Below, piece by piece: positions 1-9,186 of a DNA stretch of 64,000 nucleotides. Source of the DNA: Bacillota bacterium (GTDB lineage: Bacteria; Bacillota; Clostridia; Christensenellales; Borkfalkiaceae); contig QAKE01000021.1 in the NCBI GenBank assembly GCA_003343995.1, forward strand, positions 1,284 through 65,283. Reading direction: 5' to 3'. Each line of letters starts with the position of its first letter. The first letter of the stretch is position 1. A program made the translations under genes and the position numbers. Under the pieces are notes generated by a model. That model ran no database searches, was not told where the DNA came from, and saw only the letters and a program-made list of their open reading frames with translations.

Positions 1-1
1 C

Positions 2-157
2 CGCCTGCTGGATATGGGGCTGATCCCCAAAACGGCGGTAAGGATGGTGAAGATCGCCCCGATGGGCGATCCGCTGGAGATCCGCCTGCGCGGTTACGAG
101 CTGACGCTGCGCAAAGAGGACGCCGCGGAAATCGAAGTGGAGGCGGAAGAAACATGA
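2..157 (+). CDS. feoA: FeoA-family protein, C-terminal fragment (5' end lies outside the window)
   Basis: Open frame from the window edge translates to RLLDMGLIPKTAVRMVKIAPMGDPLEIRLRGYELTLRKEDAAEIEVEAEET*. It follows the same pattern as the complete FeoA at 28803..29036 (GDPVELNIRGYELSLRKAEA). Its TGA overlaps the feoB ATG (ATGA at 154..157). It is absent from the ORF track because it has no in-window start. Confidence 0.8.
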   Translation, partial: RLLDMGLIPKTAVRMVKIAPMGDPLEIRLRGYELTLRKEDAAEIEVEAEET

Positions 158-2325
158 ATTTTGCGTTGGTGGGCAACCAGAACTGCGGCAAGACCACGCT
201 TTTCAACCAACTGACGGGCTCGAACCAGCACGTGGGCAACTTCCCCGGCGTTACGGTGTCCAGCAAAACGGGGGAGATACGCAACTTGAAAAACTGCACG
301 GCGGTCGATTTGCCGGGGATTTATTCCCTGCGCCCCTTTTCGGGGGAGGAGATCGTCACGCGGGATTTCATTATCAACGAAAAGCCCGAGGGCATCATCA
401 ACATCGTGGACGCGATGAACATCGAGCGCAACCTCTATCTGACCTTGCAGCTGTTGGAAATGCGCGTGCCCACGGTCATCGCGCTCAACATGATGGACGA
501 GGTGCGCGCCAACGGCGGCACGGTGGATATCCATAAACTTTCCGAAGAACTCGGCGTGCCCGTCGTGCCGATCAGCGCGGCGAAAAACGAGGGCATCGAC
601 GAGCTTGTCAACGTCGCGTATGAAACGGCAAAGGCGAAAATTCTGCCCAAGCGGGTGGATTTTTGCGAGCAAGGGGCGGTGCACCGCTGCATTCACGCGG
701 TAACGCACCTCATCGAGGACCATGCCGAAGCGGCGGGGATCGCTGCGCGCTTTGCCGCCGTAAAAACGGTGGAGGGGGATAAGGATATCGTTGCCCGCTT
801 GGAAATCAACGAAAACGAACGGGAGATGATAGAGCACTCCGTCGTCGAGATGGAAACGGAGTGCGGCACGGACAGAAACGCCGCGCTGGCAGCCATGCGT
901 TACGAGTTTATCGAAAAGGTCGTGGCGGACGCGGTGAAAAAGCCCGACGAAACCAAAGAACACAAGCGCAGCGAAAAGATCGATAAAATTTTAACAAATA
1001 AATATCTCGCCATCCCCATCTTTATCGCGGGGATGCTGCTGATATTCTTTTTGACGTTCGAGGTGATCGGGAAACTGCTCAGCGACCTGCTCGCCATGGG
1101 CATAGACGCGCTCAGTTCCCTGACGGCGCAGGGGCTGGACGCGTGGGGCGTGAACCCCGTGATCAAGAGTCTGATCATCGACGGCGTTTTTGCGGGCGTG
1201 GGCAGCGTTTTGTCCTTCCTGCCGCTCATCGTGGTGCTGTTTTTCTTCCTTTCCATTTTGGAAGATACCGGCTACATGGCGCGCGTGGCGTTCGTCATGG
1301 ATAAGCTGCTCAGAAAAATCGGGCTTTCGGGCAGAAGTTTCGTACCCATGCTCATCGGGTTCGGCTGTACCGTGCCCGCCGTGATGGCGACGCGCACCTT
1401 ATCTTCCGAACGCGACAGGAAGATGACCGTTTTGCTGACGCCGTATATGAGCTGTTCGGCAAAAATTCCCATCTACACGGTGTTCACGGCGGCGTTTTTT
1501 CCCAAATACCGCGCCCTCGTCATGCTGGGCTTGTACGTTTTCGGCATGATCGTCGGCATTTTGGTGGCGCTGGCGTTCAAACGCACCAAATTCAAGGGCA
1601 ATCCCGTGCCGTTTGTCATGGAACTGCCGAATTATCGTTTTCCCTCCGCAAAATCGGTGGGGTTGCTGATGTGGGACAAGGCGAAGGACTTTTTGGTGCG
1701 CGCCTTCACCGTCATCTTTCTCGCCACCCTCGTCATCTGGTTTTTGCAGACATTCGACTACCGCCTGAACGTGGCGGCGACGAGCGGGGAACGCAGCATT
1801 TTGGAGCTGATCGGCAGATTGATCGCGCCGATTTTCGCGCCGCTCGGGTTCGGGGACTGGCGCGCCTCCACGGCGTTGATCGCCGGTTTCACCGCCAAGG
1901 AATCGGTGGTGAGCACGCTGGGCGTTCTGCTCGGCGTGGGCAGCGGAGATTTGACCGCGGCGCTCTCCGGCGTGTTTACGCCGCTTACCGCCGTCAGTTT
2001 TTTAACGTTCGTCTTGCTTTACACGCCGTGCGTGGCGGCGATCGCCGCCATCAAACGGGAGTTTAACTCCGGCTGGGCGGCGCTGTCGGTCGCGTTGATG
2101 CAGTGCGTCGTGGCGTACGCGGCGGCGTTTGCGGTGTATACCGTCGGTTCGCTCGTCACCGCCGCAAGGTTGTTCGGCGCGGCGGACATCGTGCTCATCG
2201 TGCTTATCGCGGCGATTGTCGTGCTCGACGTCGTTTACGTGGTGAGAAAAAAACGGCAGGGCAAATGCGTCGGCTGTTCGGGGGATTGTTCCTCGTGCGG
2301 GAAAAAAGATAAAGCGGAAAAATAA
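154..2325 (+). CDS. feoB: Ferrous iron transporter FeoB with a fused C-terminal Cys-rich membrane tail
   Basis: 723-aa ORF with an N-terminal G domain (GNQNCGKTTLFN, DLPGIYSL, NMMD) and a polytopic permease domain. It is a paralogue of the ORF at 29033..31282. The last ~45 aa (IVLIVLIAAIVVLDVVYVVRKKRQGKCVGCSGDCSSCGKK) resemble the separate small protein at 31285..31452. Confidence 0.95.
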   Translation: MNFALVGNQNCGKTTLFNQLTGSNQHVGNFPGVTVSSKTGEIRNLKNCTAVDLPGIYSLRPFSGEEIVTRDFIINEKPEGIINIVDAMNIERNLYLTLQLLEMRVPTVIALNMMDEVRANGGTVDIHKLSEELGVPVVPISAAKNEGIDELVNVAYETAKAKILPKRVDFCEQGAVHRCIHAVTHLIEDHAEAAGIAARFAAVKTVEGDKDIVARLEINENEREMIEHSVVEMETECGTDRNAALAAMRYEFIEKVVADAVKKPDETKEHKRSEKIDKILTNKYLAIPIFIAGMLLIFFLTFEVIGKLLSDLLAMGIDALSSLTAQGLDAWGVNPVIKSLIIDGVFAGVGSVLSFLPLIVVLFFFLSILEDTGYMARVAFVMDKLLRKIGLSGRSFVPMLIGFGCTVPAVMATRTLSSERDRKMTVLLTPYMSCSAKIPIYTVFTAAFFPKYRALVMLGLYVFGMIVGILVALAFKRTKFKGNPVPFVMELPNYRFPSAKSVGLLMWDKAKDFLVRAFTVIFLATLVIWFLQTFDYRLNVAATSGERSILELIGRLIAPIFAPLGFGDWRASTALIAGFTAKESVVSTLGVLLGVGSGDLTAALSGVFTPLTAVSFLTFVLLYTPCVAAIAAIKREFNSGWAALSVALMQCVVAYAAAFAVYTVGSLVTAARLFGAADIVLIVLIAAIVVLDVVYVVRKKRQGKCVGCSGDCSSCGKKDKAEK

Positions 2326-2335
2326 AATCGTAAAC

Positions 2336-2363
2336 AAAAAAACGCATGAATATGCGTTTTTTT
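2336..2363. terminator. Bidirectional intrinsic terminator between convergent feoB and the SDR gene
   Basis: A-run, then hairpin AACGCAT-gaat-ATGCGTT, then a T-run. Confidence 0.6.
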
Positions 2364-2376
2364 CTTTGTCGTTATT

Positions 2377-3201
2377 TTATCGTTGGGCGCGTCGCGCCTT
2401 TTCCGCCTTTTTGCCGCCGAGCAGGCGGTATATGATTGCGACCTGCCAGCGCTTCGGCAGTGCGGATAAAAGTTTCAATAATACGTTGTTGTGGATGCGG
2501 TACACGCATTTCGGGCATTTTTTAAACGATACTTTGTAAATCTTTTGCGCAACGCGTTCCGGCGCGAGCATTCTGCCGGTGAATTTTTCCATGATGCGCT
2601 GAAATTTTTCCGCCTGCCCGCCGAAATAGGCGCTTGTTTCGCTCATCTTGCGCATCGCGGGCACGCTGCCTTGCGCAAGCGGCGTTCTGATCGCCCCCGG
2701 ACGCACGGTAACGACCTTCGCGCCCAGCAATCCCGCCTCGTGGCGGAGCGCCTGCGCGTAGGCGTCGAGCGCGGTTTTGCTTACGCCGTATATGCCGTTA
2801 AACGGCAAGGGATCGAGGGGCGCGACCTCGCTCGTCGTGATAAAAATTTTGCCGTTTTTCCGCAGCAGGGGAAAGAAAATTTTGTTTACGCGCACCGCGC
2901 CGAGCAGGTTTACGTCGAACACCGCGCGGAGCTTATCTTCGCCGATTTCGAGAAAGCTGTCCATCAAAAATATGCCCGCAACGTTGATAATGCAATCGAG
3001 CTGTACGGATTGCTCCCGCAGTGCCTGCGCGACGGCGGAAAGCGCGCCCTCGTCGCGGATATCCGCCGCAAAGGGCGTTATATTTTTTGCGGGGGCGGCG
3101 GGCTTGATATCCAAAGCGTAAACGCGGTGTCCGTTATCTGCGTAAAGGCTTGCGATCGCCGCGCCGATGCCGCTGCCCGCGCCGGTAAGCAAAACGTTCA
3201 T
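2377..3201 (-). CDS. Short-chain dehydrogenase/reductase (SDR) family oxidoreductase
   Basis: MNVLLTGAGSGIGAAI Rossmann motif at the trimmed start (Met54 of the tracked ORF 2377..3360). The start abuts the stop of the upstream gene at 3203. The tracked N-terminal extension is Arg-rich and overlaps that gene. Confidence 0.85.
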   Translation of the reverse strand: MNVLLTGAGSGIGAAIASLYADNGHRVYALDIKPAAPAKNITPFAADIRDEGALSAVAQALREQSVQLDCIINVAGIFLMDSFLEIGEDKLRAVFDVNLLGAVRVNKIFFPLLRKNGKIFITTSEVAPLDPLPFNGIYGVSKTALDAYAQALRHEAGLLGAKVVTVRPGAIRTPLAQGSVPAMRKMSETSAYFGGQAEKFQRIMEKFTGRMLAPERVAQKIYKVSFKKCPKCVYRIHNNVLLKLLSALPKRWQVAIIYRLLGGKKAEKARRAQR

Positions 3202-3202
3202 C

Positions 3203-4363
3203 TTAAAATTCCAACGGTTTTCCGCGCTGTTCCGCGGAATAAAGCGCGTCGATAAACTGCCGCGCGCGGCGGGGGCTTCTGCCGCCCTTTGCGAGCGCCC
3301 ATTGCTCCGCCATGCGGAATAAATCCTCCTCCGCGGCGGAAATGCTCGCGTCCTCGGCAAGCTGTTTCACGATGGAAAGATACTGTTTTTTGTCGGTCGT
3401 GCCGAACAGCACGGTCAGCCCGAACCGATCGGATAAGGAAAGCTGTTCCTGCATGCACTCGTTTTCGTGTATGCTGTCCTTGCGGTCGGAAAAACTTTCC
3501 TTCACGATGTGGCGGCGGTTGGAGGTGGCGCACACCACGGTGTTTTTGCCCTTTACGCCGAAGCTGCCTTCGAGCGCGGCTTTTAAGGATGTAAAGCGTT
3601 CGTCGCCTTCGGTGAGGGATAAATCGTCGATATAGATGATGAATTTCAGGGGCACGGCGTTCAGCTTTTCCTTGAGCACGGGCAAGGATAACAGCTGTTC
3701 TTTATGGAGCTCCACGATGCGCAGCCCCCGCCCGAAATATCGGTTCGCCATGGCGTGCACGGTGGAGGATTTCCCCGTGCCGCGTTCGCCGTATAAAAGC
3801 ATGTCGAGGGCGGGCAGACCGCCGAGCAGGTTTTCGATATTCGCCGCGATCAGGCTCTTTTCCTCCGCGTAATCCTTAAGGTCGGAAAGGCGGATTTCCG
3901 GCGCGTTGGCAATCGGTTCGATATTGCCGTTTTTGAATAAGAACGCCCCGTAACGCACGTAGTCGCCGTAACCGTATTGGCGGTAAAAGCCTTCGAGGCG
4001 GTTGGCGCTTTCCTGCAAAGAGGTGCGGAAGTGTTCGTTGACCTCGCCCATGTTGAAATACGCGTCCGCGTTGAAATTTTCCGTTTTCGCCGCGGCGTTC
4101 AAAAGCGTTTTCACGTCCTCGATGAACGCCGATTTGAGGTAGCGGTTGCTCTTTCCCTCCGCCGCCGCGCGGGAGAAGGGGTTTTCGTCGTACAGCACGA
4201 TGTCGCTCAGCGTTTTCAGCAGGGAATTTTCCCCGCCGCGCTCGTAGAGTTCCGCCAAAAAGGCGTTGGCGCGCCCGTCGGAAGGCTCGTCGTAATAGGC
4301 AAGCAGCTTGGCGGTAAGGGGATTGTCGTTGAGATTTTTTAGAATTCTGAGTTGCGTAAGCAT
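3203..4363 (-). CDS. P-loop ATP-binding protein (DUF815/AAA-like)
   Basis: 386-aa ORF with Walker A GERGTGKSS and Walker B-like IIYIDDLS. Its overall pattern is that of the DUF815 ATPase family. Confidence 0.8.
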   Translation of the reverse strand: MLTQLRILKNLNDNPLTAKLLAYYDEPSDGRANAFLAELYERGGENSLLKTLSDIVLYDENPFSRAAAEGKSNRYLKSAFIEDVKTLLNAAAKTENFNADAYFNMGEVNEHFRTSLQESANRLEGFYRQYGYGDYVRYGAFLFKNGNIEPIANAPEIRLSDLKDYAEEKSLIAANIENLLGGLPALDMLLYGERGTGKSSTVHAMANRYFGRGLRIVELHKEQLLSLPVLKEKLNAVPLKFIIYIDDLSLTEGDERFTSLKAALEGSFGVKGKNTVVCATSNRRHIVKESFSDRKDSIHENECMQEQLSLSDRFGLTVLFGTTDKKQYLSIVKQLAEDASISAAEEDLFRMAEQWALAKGGRSPRRARQFIDALYSAEQRGKPLEF

Positions 4364-4456
4364 GTCCGTTTTTTCCGTTTTTTTTAAGTATAACCCATTT
4401 GCCGTGCAAAATCAAACGAAATACCGAATAAAAGCGAAGAAATTGAACGAGATAAT

Positions 4457-4485
4457 TTGACATCGGGAAAAAATCGGAATATAAT
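4457..4485 (+). promoter_or_regulatory. Sigma-A type promoter upstream of ilvC
   Basis: TTGACA (4457..4462), 17-nt spacer, TATAAT (4480..4485). Confidence 0.5.
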
Positions 4486-4493
4486 AGGAATAA

Positions 4494-5555
<1,062 letters not shown>

Positions 5556-5564
5556 GTTTTTTAT

Positions 5565-5603
5565 AAACGGCGCGGCTTTTTGCCGCGCCGTTTGATATTT
5601 TTT
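5565..5603 (+). terminator. Intrinsic terminator after ilvC
   Basis: AAACGGCGCGGC-ttttt-GCCGCGCCGTTT hairpin followed by a T-rich tract. Confidence 0.6.
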
Positions 5604-5662
5604 ATAGTTTTGCGGGACAAAATCCTCCGCGCAAACGTTGTAAGGATAAGGAGGAAAAAAAG

Positions 5663-6388
5663 ATGAAAAAAATCATATCGCTTATAGCGGCAGTTTTGTT
5701 GATAATCGGTGCGATTTGCATGTCGGGGTGCGCCACCTATAAAGGAGAATACGGAGATTTTGTTTGTGAATTTTTCGATACAAAAAATACAGTCGATATA
5801 AACGGCTTATCGGAAGAAGGAAAAAAGAAAAAAATCCTTGTGATACCGGAAGAAATCAATGGCTATAAGGTCGATTTTATCGGTAAAAAGGTTCTTACGG
5901 GAACAGGCAAACCAGATATTTCAAGTAAAAACTTAGAAGTAATATATTTTGTCAACGAACTAAAAGGTCGCTTCGGTCAACAGGATTGTCCAAATTTAAA
6001 AAAGGCTTTTCAGATAAAAAATACTTATCCAAATATAGATATCATATGGGAATTTAAATTAGAGAAAAATAGAGTATATATGATGAGCAATTTTTTTATG
6101 TCGAATTATAAGGGGACAGAAGAATTGTACGCGGCAAACGTATCGTATTTTTACAATTACGCGGATGCCCCGAACGACGGATATTACTGGCTGGATGATT
6201 TGGATGACGGCGAGAAAATTACGTATATCCCCGAAAATCCGACAAGAGAGGGCTATTTATTCGGCGGATGGTTTAAGGACAAGGCTTGTACCGAGGTGTG
6301 GGATTTTGAAACGGATACGATTACAAAACCCGCGGACGATTATTACGAAAACATACTTTACGCAAAATGGAATAAAAAGAATGATTAA
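5663..6388 (+). CDS. Lipoprotein with a C-terminal Listeria-Bacteroides (Flg_new-type) repeat
   Basis: Signal peptide plus lipobox (ICMSGC). The C-terminal EGYLFGGWFKDKACTEVWDFETDTI...LYAKW matches the Flg_new repeat signature. The N-terminal part resembles BspA-type LRR. The gene is conspicuously AT-rich compared with its flanks. Confidence 0.75.
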   Translation: MKKIISLIAAVLLIIGAICMSGCATYKGEYGDFVCEFFDTKNTVDINGLSEEGKKKKILVIPEEINGYKVDFIGKKVLTGTGKPDISSKNLEVIYFVNELKGRFGQQDCPNLKKAFQIKNTYPNIDIIWEFKLEKNRVYMMSNFFMSNYKGTEELYAANVSYFYNYADAPNDGYYWLDDLDDGEKITYIPENPTREGYLFGGWFKDKACTEVWDFETDTITKPADDYYENILYAKWNKKND

Positions 6389-6422
6389 AAACAAAAGCGA
6401 AAGGCATTCGCTGTAAAATCAT

Positions 6423-6452
6423 TTGACAAAACTGCCCGAAACGGTATACAAT
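6423..6452 (+). promoter_or_regulatory. Sigma-A type promoter for the ABC importer operon
   Basis: TTGACA (6423..6428), 18-nt spacer, TACAAT (6447..6452). Confidence 0.5.
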
Positions 6453-6458
6453 ATCGGT

Positions 6459-6584
6459 ACCTGAATCGGAAGGCGCGCCTGACGGTAAAGGGCAGAATAC
6501 GTTTGTTTACGCCCGCATTATGCGGGCGGGTTTTGCCTTTTTCCCGCGTTCTTCCGCGGGAATTTTTTTATGCAGAGGTCATTT
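6459..6584 (+). promoter_or_regulatory. Structured 5' leader with two tandem terminator-like hairpins (unclassified attenuator or riboswitch candidate)
   Basis: Hairpin CGCCCGCA-tta-TGCGGGCG (6510..6528) plus a U-rich tract. A second hairpin TCCCGCG-ttcttc-CGCGGGA (6542..6561) plus T7 (6563..6569) lies immediately before the RBS and ATG at 6585. Confidence 0.4.
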
Positions 6585-7574
6585 ATGAAAAAGATTTTAT
6601 CCCTGTTTCTCGCCGCGGCTTTTGTTTTCGCGTTCGCAGGCTGCAAACAGCCGGAAAGCGCCGTCGTCGTCAAGTATTACAATCAGGCGTCCGAAATGCT
6701 GCCCGCCATGAAAACGGGGCAGCTCGCCGTGGGCTTACTCCCCGAACCCGCCGCCACGAAAATCACGAAGATGAACGCGGCGGTTTCTCGTCAGCTCGAC
6801 ATTCAGGCGATCTACGGCGGCGATTATCCGCAAGCGGTGCTGGTTGCGAAAAAGAGCGTGTTGGAGGGCGATTCTGCATTTTTATCGGCGTTGATGTCCG
6901 CGCTGGACGAAAACGCCGCATGGATCGCCGCCGACGACGGCAACGCGGCGTCCGCGGTGGACGCGGTCAATTCCCGTTTGGCGGAGGGCGTTCCCGCCTC
7001 TTTGGATAAAAGCGTAATCGATAAAACGGTGGTGGAAAACTGCAATATCTATCTCGAACGCTCCGCGGCGGCAAAAAATAGCGTAAACGATTACCTCGCG
7101 GCGATGCGCGGCATAGACGATAAATCCGCGGGCACGCTGTCCGACGCGTTTTTCGCAACCTTGCCGCAGCAGCTCACGGAAAATGCGGCGGGGAGCTATC
7201 GGATCGCCATGCCCGACGGCGCGCCCGCCCTCGCGATGGCGAAACTCATCGCCGAGGAAATGAATTTCGAAAGAGAAGTGGAATACGCCGTCGTCGCCTC
7301 CGCGAACATCGGCATAGAAGTGATGCAGAAAAATGCGGACGTTGCCGTTCTGCCGGTAACGGCGGCGTCTAAAACGATCGGCAACGGGGAACAATACGTG
7401 ATGCTCGGCGTAGTCACCCACGGCAATCTTTACGTGATGAGCAGCGAAAAGCTGACGTCTTTGGCGGATTTGCGCGGCAAGACCGTCGGCGTGATCGGTC
7501 AGGGACAGGTGCCCGATTTGACGCTCAGATATCTCTTTGCCGAAAACGGCATCGAATACGCCGTTGCGGAATAA
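6585..7574 (+). CDS. ABC transporter substrate-binding lipoprotein (NMT1/SsuA/TauA-like type-2 binding protein)
   Basis: Lipobox FAFAGC. Contains SsuA-like elements (DLRGKTVGVIGQG, GQLAVGLLPEPAA, AAWI). It is followed by a cognate permease and ATPase. Confidence 0.8.
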   Translation: MKKILSLFLAAAFVFAFAGCKQPESAVVVKYYNQASEMLPAMKTGQLAVGLLPEPAATKITKMNAAVSRQLDIQAIYGGDYPQAVLVAKKSVLEGDSAFLSALMSALDENAAWIAADDGNAASAVDAVNSRLAEGVPASLDKSVIDKTVVENCNIYLERSAAAKNSVNDYLAAMRGIDDKSAGTLSDAFFATLPQQLTENAAGSYRIAMPDGAPALAMAKLIAEEMNFEREVEYAVVASANIGIEVMQKNADVAVLPVTAASKTIGNGEQYVMLGVVTHGNLYVMSSEKLTSLADLRGKTVGVIGQGQVPDLTLRYLFAENGIEYAVAE

Positions 7575-7578
7575 GGGA

Positions 7579-8340
7579 ATGAAGAAACAGGACAGCAGGG
7601 TTTTAAAAATCGCCGTGCCGCTCGTTACGGCGGCGATCATTGTCGGGGCGTGGGCGGTCGCCGCGGCGGCGGTGGGCGAGCCCATCGTTCTGCCTTCGCC
7701 CCTCGCCGTGCTGAAGGAGTTTTTCCTCCTCTTTGCGGACGGGGCGTTTTACGCGGGATATTTCGCCACGCTGGGGCGCAGTCTGATCGCCTTCGCTGCG
7801 TCCTTTACGCTGGCGTATGCCGCGGCGGTTTGGGCGCGGCGGAGCGAGATCGTGTCGCGCACCGTCATGACGGTGCTGCCCCTCGTGCGCGCCCTGCCCA
7901 CGGTGGCGGTGGCGCTCCTTTTGGTGCTCTGGACGTCAAGCCGCGCGGCGGCGGTCATCGTGACGATGCTGGTGGTGTTCCCCACGCTCTACACCAACGC
8001 GGAAAATTCCCTTTCGGCGGTGACGGCGGAACTCAGCGAGATGTGCAAGGTGTACCGCGTGCCGAAAAAAACGCGCGTCGTTAAGATTTATCTGCCCCTC
8101 GTCGCGCCCTCGGCGGTGACGGCGGCGGGCGCGGGGTTTTCGCTCAACGTCAAGCTGATGGTGGCGGCGGAAGTCATCGCGGCGACGGCACGGGGGCTGG
8201 GGCCGCAGCTCAATATCGATAAAATCAATTACGAAACGGCGCATCTGCTCGCACTGGTGCTCGCGATCGTCGTCACGGGCATCGCCGTCGAGCTTGCGGC
8301 GCGGCTCGTTTCCCGCGCGATGGTGAAAAAATATGCTTGA
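7579..8340 (+). CDS. ABC transporter permease (SsuC/TauC-like)
   Basis: The ATG at 7579 follows AAGGGA and the stop of the binding protein. It is a six-TM-like hydrophobic protein with an EAA-type loop (...YRVPKKTRVVKIYLPLVAPS). Confidence 0.85.
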   Translation: MKKQDSRVLKIAVPLVTAAIIVGAWAVAAAAVGEPIVLPSPLAVLKEFFLLFADGAFYAGYFATLGRSLIAFAASFTLAYAAAVWARRSEIVSRTVMTVLPLVRALPTVAVALLLVLWTSSRAAAVIVTMLVVFPTLYTNAENSLSAVTAELSEMCKVYRVPKKTRVVKIYLPLVAPSAVTAAGAGFSLNVKLMVAAEVIAATARGLGPQLNIDKINYETAHLLALVLAIVVTGIAVELAARLVSRAMVKKYA

Positions 8341-8983
8341 ATTTAAAAACCTGAAAAAGCGCTACGGCGATCTGTGTGTTTACGAGGATTTTTCCCTTTC
8401 CGTCGCGGAGAACGAGACGCTCGCCGTGCTGGGGGACAGCGGCGCGGGCAAAACCACCCTCTTGAACATCGCGGCGGGGCTGCTCGGTTACGACGGCGGG
8501 GAAATATCGGGACTGCCCGACAAGGTGAGCTACGTGTTCCAAAGCGACAGGCTCGTGCCGCATTTGACGGTGCTGGAAAATCTGAAGCTCGTCGCGGGGG
8601 AGCGCGAGGCGCTTTCCGCGTTGGAGCGGGCGGGGCTGAAGGACTTTTCCGCCGCCTACCCCGCGCGGCTTTCCGCGGGAATGAGCCGCCGCGTCGCCAT
8701 ACTGCGCGCCTTTTTATACGACGCGCCGCTGGTGCTCATGGACGAACCCTTCCGCAATCTCGATTTAACGCTCAAATACAAGCTGATGGATTTTTACGCG
8801 CAGCTGAAAAGCGAACGGCCGAAAACGGCGCTCTTCGTCACGCACGATATCAAAGAGGCGGTTTATCTTGCCGACCGCGCGGTGATCGTGGAAAAGGGGA
8901 GAGTCGCGCTCGATATAAAAATCGCGGATAAGACGGCGGCGGAAGCGAGTTTAAGCAACTATTTTCTGCAAAAAAAGGCATAA
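8333..8983 (+). CDS. ABC transporter ATP-binding protein
   Basis: Walker A GDSGAGKTT, signature LSAGMSRR, Walker B LVLMDEPF. Overlaps the permease stop by 8 nt. Confidence 0.9.
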   Translation: MLEFKNLKKRYGDLCVYEDFSLSVAENETLAVLGDSGAGKTTLLNIAAGLLGYDGGEISGLPDKVSYVFQSDRLVPHLTVLENLKLVAGEREALSALERAGLKDFSAAYPARLSAGMSRRVAILRAFLYDAPLVLMDEPFRNLDLTLKYKLMDFYAQLKSERPKTALFVTHDIKEAVYLADRAVIVEKGRVALDIKIADKTAAEASLSNYFLQKKA

Positions 8984-8988
8984 ACGGG

Positions 8989-9016
8989 AAAAAAAGAGCG
9001 CATGCGCTCTTTTTTT
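8989..9016 (+). terminator. Intrinsic terminator after the ABC importer operon
   Basis: AGAGCGC-at-GCGCTCT hairpin flanked by an A-run and a T-run. Confidence 0.6.
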
Positions 9017-9083
9017 GTGCCCGCGCGTTATATTTTATCGGAAAAAGTCGATAAAAAATTTTACCGAAAGTTTTATAAAAGCA

Positions 9084-9112
9084 TTGTAAAATCGCCCGAT
9101 GTTTGGTATAAT
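9084..9112 (+). promoter_or_regulatory. Candidate promoter upstream of ftsK
   Basis: TTGTAA, 17-nt spacer, TATAAT, preceded by TGG (extended -10 like). Confidence 0.4.
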
Positions 9113-9186
9113 TTAATGGAATATATTTTCTTCGCGCAAACGATCGGAGCGCGGGGGAGAAAAAGTTTAAGCGAACGGAAACAGCA

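Noticed and set aside
2377-3360. N-terminal extensions of tracked ORFs (for example 2377..3360, 15410.., 20870..21556, 26620.., 28165.., 38672.., 50346.., 55266.., 57180..).
   Set aside because: The extensions are Arg-rich, overlap upstream genes or regulatory elements, and lack an SD. Internal ATGs with good SDs and canonical family N-termini were used instead.
6459-6584. Assigning the importer leader to TPP, guanidine-I/II/III, ZTP, preQ1 or fluoride riboswitch classes.
   Set aside because: The conserved cores I can recall are absent (CTGAGA plus ACCTGATCTGGATAATGCCAGCG for TPP, ACGR loops for guanidine-II, and so on). It is therefore reported only as an unclassified leader.
6503-7009. 168-aa plus-strand ORF that spans the leader and the start of the binding-protein gene.
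   Set aside because: It starts with TTG inside the terminator hairpins, is out of frame with the well-supported lipoprotein gene, and has an Arg-rich product.
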